Virus record (IMG/VR): IMGVR_UViG_3300007643_000052
Coordinates: 1-36,166 of that record
Direction: 5' to 3' (one strand)
Length of the DNA stretch: 36,166 nt
DNA from: a virus
Taxonomy: Duplodnaviria; Caudoviricetes
The translations under genes and the position numbers were made by a program. Positions 33,553 through 36,166 of the stretch are shown here, in pieces (the stretch's first letter is position 1; every line of letters starts with the position of its first letter). The notes below the pieces were generated by a model. It had not been told where the DNA came from. It ran no database searches and worked only from the letters and a program-made list of their open reading frames with translations.

Positions 33553-35898
33553 CTAAAGTTTACCTAGATACTGCTTCGCTGCCCAGGGCTGAACACTCAG
33601 ACCTTTGAAGACGCTCAGCTTGTGGCCACCTGTGACAGTCGTGTCACTGGTGATGTATGGTGCGTTGGAGTGGAGTCGCTCAAAGAACTTGGTCTTAGAC
33701 ATCGCAGTGATGCGTCGTTCCGAACTCCACCCGGCCCACACGTCATACAATTCTGATTTCTGCACTGATCCTGATTCGTCCACCCGGGTGCATTCTTCTA
33801 GCATGGAAGCGATCGGGCTGGTTGCGATGGCCCACTCAAGCAGTGCTTGCTTACTCGATTCGGGTTCCGTGAAGTCATCCTTCGCACGCAACCTCCGCAG
33901 CCCCTCAAGGGCGAACACTGCGAGCCCTGCGATGTTCTTAGTCAACCGTCTCTCAAGACTCTTATCAGGGTTGGATCGAAACGACCGCTTGAACTCAGTG
34001 ATTAGCATACGTCGCTGCATAGCACCAGCATGGTCGGGCACCTCAAGGAACTCATTCGAGCCGATGGTGACGTGGCAGCCCAGCTTTATAGACTCGACCA
34101 CGTCACGGTTCTTGCGGTTGACGTCCACGTAGTCATCCGCCGCGATGTTCAGGAGCACTTCAAGACCCCGCATGGCGTCCATGCCGCGGGACACCCTGGC
34201 ATCGGGGATGATACACAGAGACTTACCCAGCAGTGGGGCGAGACCAAACGACGTCGCAAGGTCCGCGAGTTTAGGTGAGGCCGTCTGTTTCTTACCACCC
34301 ACCATAGCGGCCAGGAGGTTGATACACACAGACTTACCCGCACCTGACGGTCCACGTAGGAACATCATCTTCTGATGACTGGTGTCGGTGGTGAGGCAGT
34401 ACCCGAGCCACTCCTGCCACTGGGCTATTTTGCTGGGCTCATCACCAAGCGAAGATTCGAGGAATGAGAGGTGGTCATCGTACGGGGCAGTGGGGTCAAA
34501 AGCGTAGGGTATGGCACTGGTCGTGAACAGATCGGGGGTCGGGTCCATCATGTAGGACTCGAAGGGCTGGCCGTCCAAGTACGTTGGGATGTGGAGTATG
34601 CCGTTGCTGAATGCAATCAATTCTTCAGGGTCCGGGCCCTTCATGCCGTTGATCCAACACGGTATAACTTCCTCGTTAATCAGGGTTGCTGCACGGGCTG
34701 CGTTGCAGGTGTTGCTTACGAAGCTGTTGTCACACCTCACACGCTCCACACGGGACTCTCCCTTGAAGGATACCTTCATCACTTTCTTATCTGCGGCCCA
34801 GTCATACATGGGTGCGGTGAACTCAAGGTCGGTGACCGGCCGGTAGCAGCCGTCCGTGTAGGTCCACCACCCGCCATTCCAGAACCGGGTGATGTGCCGC
34901 CCGGCCATGCGGTGGCGGGTGTGCAGGAATCCCTGGGCCAGCGTGCGGGGGTCATCGTCGGCGAACACGAGTTGCTCATTCGACTCACGCTTGTGCTCCC
35001 CAACGTACTCCATGAACTGATCTGATGTGATCTGTTGAGCTGTGTGCCACTTGCGTAAGTCCTTGAACTCATCCGGTGGCAGCACCATCTCGATGTCGCG
35101 GCACTTGGTCTTCAGGATCTGGTACGCAGCGACCATACCCTCTTCACCAGGACGCTTGCCGGTGGCCGGGTTGATGTCGTCGTTCTCGCCCACGATGATG
35201 ACGCTGCGTCCCCGCACCAAGTCAGCCAGCATGTCCATGCATGCGAGGTTAGACGGACGCCCAACTGCGACGAACCCCATGTCCATGGCCACCGCGGTGT
35301 CGGTCCAACCTTCGACGACCAGGACAGGTAGGTCACTGGGTGGTAGCAGCGTGGCGGTGGGGTCGAGCTGGCCTGCGTCTTTGAGGATGTGCAGGAAGCC
35401 GAGCGATTGGCGTCGATCTGAGGGGGTGCGGATGCAGACCACAGCCTTGGGATCTTGCGGATCTTCGCTCGACACCAAGCAGCCGTCCATCTTGCCACAC
35501 ACAGGGCAGTCCACACCAGCAGCCACAACGCGGGCCCAGTTGTGCTTGCCCTTCTGATAGGCCTCCTGGCCATGGCGGTGGTTGGGATTTATCTCGTAGC
35601 AGAGACCGTGCTTGGAGCCGGGGAACATGGCTTTGAAGTTAGAGCTTCTCGACCGCAGTGCCAGCCCGATGACGTTGCCATCAGCGTCACGCTCAGGTCC
35701 GACCCACCAGCCCTGGTAGTTGGCACCCGTAGGGTTGGTCGGCTTTGCCTTGAAGTAAACTATCGGGGCGAAGCCGATTCCCAGGCGTGCCATCGATTCC
35801 GCCGATATGTCCAAGTTTTCTCCCAGGCTTTCCAGCATTGCTGGCCACGCGTTTCCTTGGTACGCGTCTAGTAAATCAGGGAGTGGTTTCTTGGCCAT
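33553..35898 (-). CDS. DNA primase-helicase (Zn-finger, Toprim, D5-like SF3 helicase)
   Basis: CPVCGK.DGC; Toprim VVEGWTD, GEND and KDLR; FSNG, WLGYCL, Walker A GPSGAGKS, NRK and RRMLI..F. Confidence 0.92.
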   Translation of the reverse strand: MAKKPLPDLLDAYQGNAWPAMLESLGENLDISAESMARLGIGFAPIVYFKAKPTNPTGANYQGWWVGPERDADGNVIGLALRSRSSNFKAMFPGSKHGLCYEINPNHRHGQEAYQKGKHNWARVVAAGVDCPVCGKMDGCLVSSEDPQDPKAVVCIRTPSDRRQSLGFLHILKDAGQLDPTATLLPPSDLPVLVVEGWTDTAVAMDMGFVAVGRPSNLACMDMLADLVRGRSVIIVGENDDINPATGKRPGEEGMVAAYQILKTKCRDIEMVLPPDEFKDLRKWHTAQQITSDQFMEYVGEHKRESNEQLVFADDDPRTLAQGFLHTRHRMAGRHITRFWNGGWWTYTDGCYRPVTDLEFTAPMYDWAADKKVMKVSFKGESRVERVRCDNSFVSNTCNAARAATLINEEVIPCWINGMKGPDPEELIAFSNGILHIPTYLDGQPFESYMMDPTPDLFTTSAIPYAFDPTAPYDDHLSFLESSLGDEPSKIAQWQEWLGYCLTTDTSHQKMMFLRGPSGAGKSVCINLLAAMVGGKKQTASPKLADLATSFGLAPLLGKSLCIIPDARVSRGMDAMRGLEVLLNIAADDYVDVNRKNRDVVESIKLGCHVTIGSNEFLEVPDHAGAMQRRMLITEFKRSFRSNPDKSLERRLTKNIAGLAVFALEGLRRLRAKDDFTEPESSKQALLEWAIATSPIASMLEECTRVDESGSVQKSELYDVWAGWSSERRITAMSKTKFFERLHSNAPYITSDTTVTGGHKLSVFKGLSVQPWAAKQYLGKL

Positions 35899-35914
35899 GG
35901 GTATCTCTTGGGTG

Positions 35915-35942
35915 AAAAAAGCACACCCCGGTTAAGGGGTGC
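35915..35942 (-). terminator. Rho-independent terminator
   Basis: Minus strand GCACCCC-TTAACC-GGGGTGT-GC-TTTTTT. Confidence 0.75.
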
Positions 35943-35966
35943 GACTTCAGGTAGCAGCACAGGAAT

Positions 35967-36166
35967 CTACGCAGCAAGAACTGTGAGACACTGATCGCGG
36001 ACCCAGGCCCACTCTGTGGGGGTGACATCACCCTCAGCCTTGCCCAGCTTCGCACCCACGTCGATCCACGCCGTGGCGATGGCGTCGTCCGTGGTGCCCT
36101 CGGGCTTGTTGAGGCTGACCTGCTCCCAGGCCTCGTCCTTCGTGGCCTCCGCAGGCAGGGTGGGGG
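35967..36166 (-). CDS. C-terminal part of a hypothetical protein (partial)
   Basis: Read manually: ...PTLPAEATKDEAWEQV...TEWAWVRDQCLTVLAA-TAG; GC3-rich codons; a terminator follows. Confidence 0.7.
   Translation of the reverse strand, partial: PTLPAEATKDEAWEQVSLNKPEGTTDDAIATAWIDVGAKLGKAEGDVTPTEWAWVRDQCLTVLAA

Overview
This is a 36-kb segment of a tailed dsDNA bacteriophage with a podovirus-like gene order and no tape-measure or tail-tube genes. A Planctomycetota host, possibly Phycisphaerae, is inferred from a DUF1580-like HTH, a PTPSA-type PEP-CTERM-like tail and the primase Zn-finger. There are four blocks. (1) 1-3890: an AT-richer minus-strand cassette of small early or host-takeover genes, several with their own sigma70-like promoters. 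(2) About 3900-4680: an AT-rich divergent intergenic region with palindromes and short repeats, a candidate genome end or origin. (3) 4687-28456: a plus-strand block with endonuclease VII, structured RNAs, a LamG protein, TerS, TerL, portal, FmdB Zn-ribbon, scaffold, major capsid, head/tail proteins and three probable ejection proteins. (4) 28365-36166: a minus-strand block with an HTH, lipoprotein, holin-like gene, T5 A1-like phosphoesterase, DUF5664+DUF4406 fusion, MazG-like pyrophosphatase and primase-helicase. Three features stand out. The 1781-aa ejection protein carries a ParB-like domain, an HDxxGH domain and a GGDEF domain whose motif is intact, which has no I-site and which has Asn at the guanine-specificity position. 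A 79-nt RNA looks like the tRNA-like domain of tmRNA (G3-U70) without the mRNA-like domain. A small early gene ends in a PEP-CTERM-like signal. All family assignments come from motif recognition by eye; no database searches were run.
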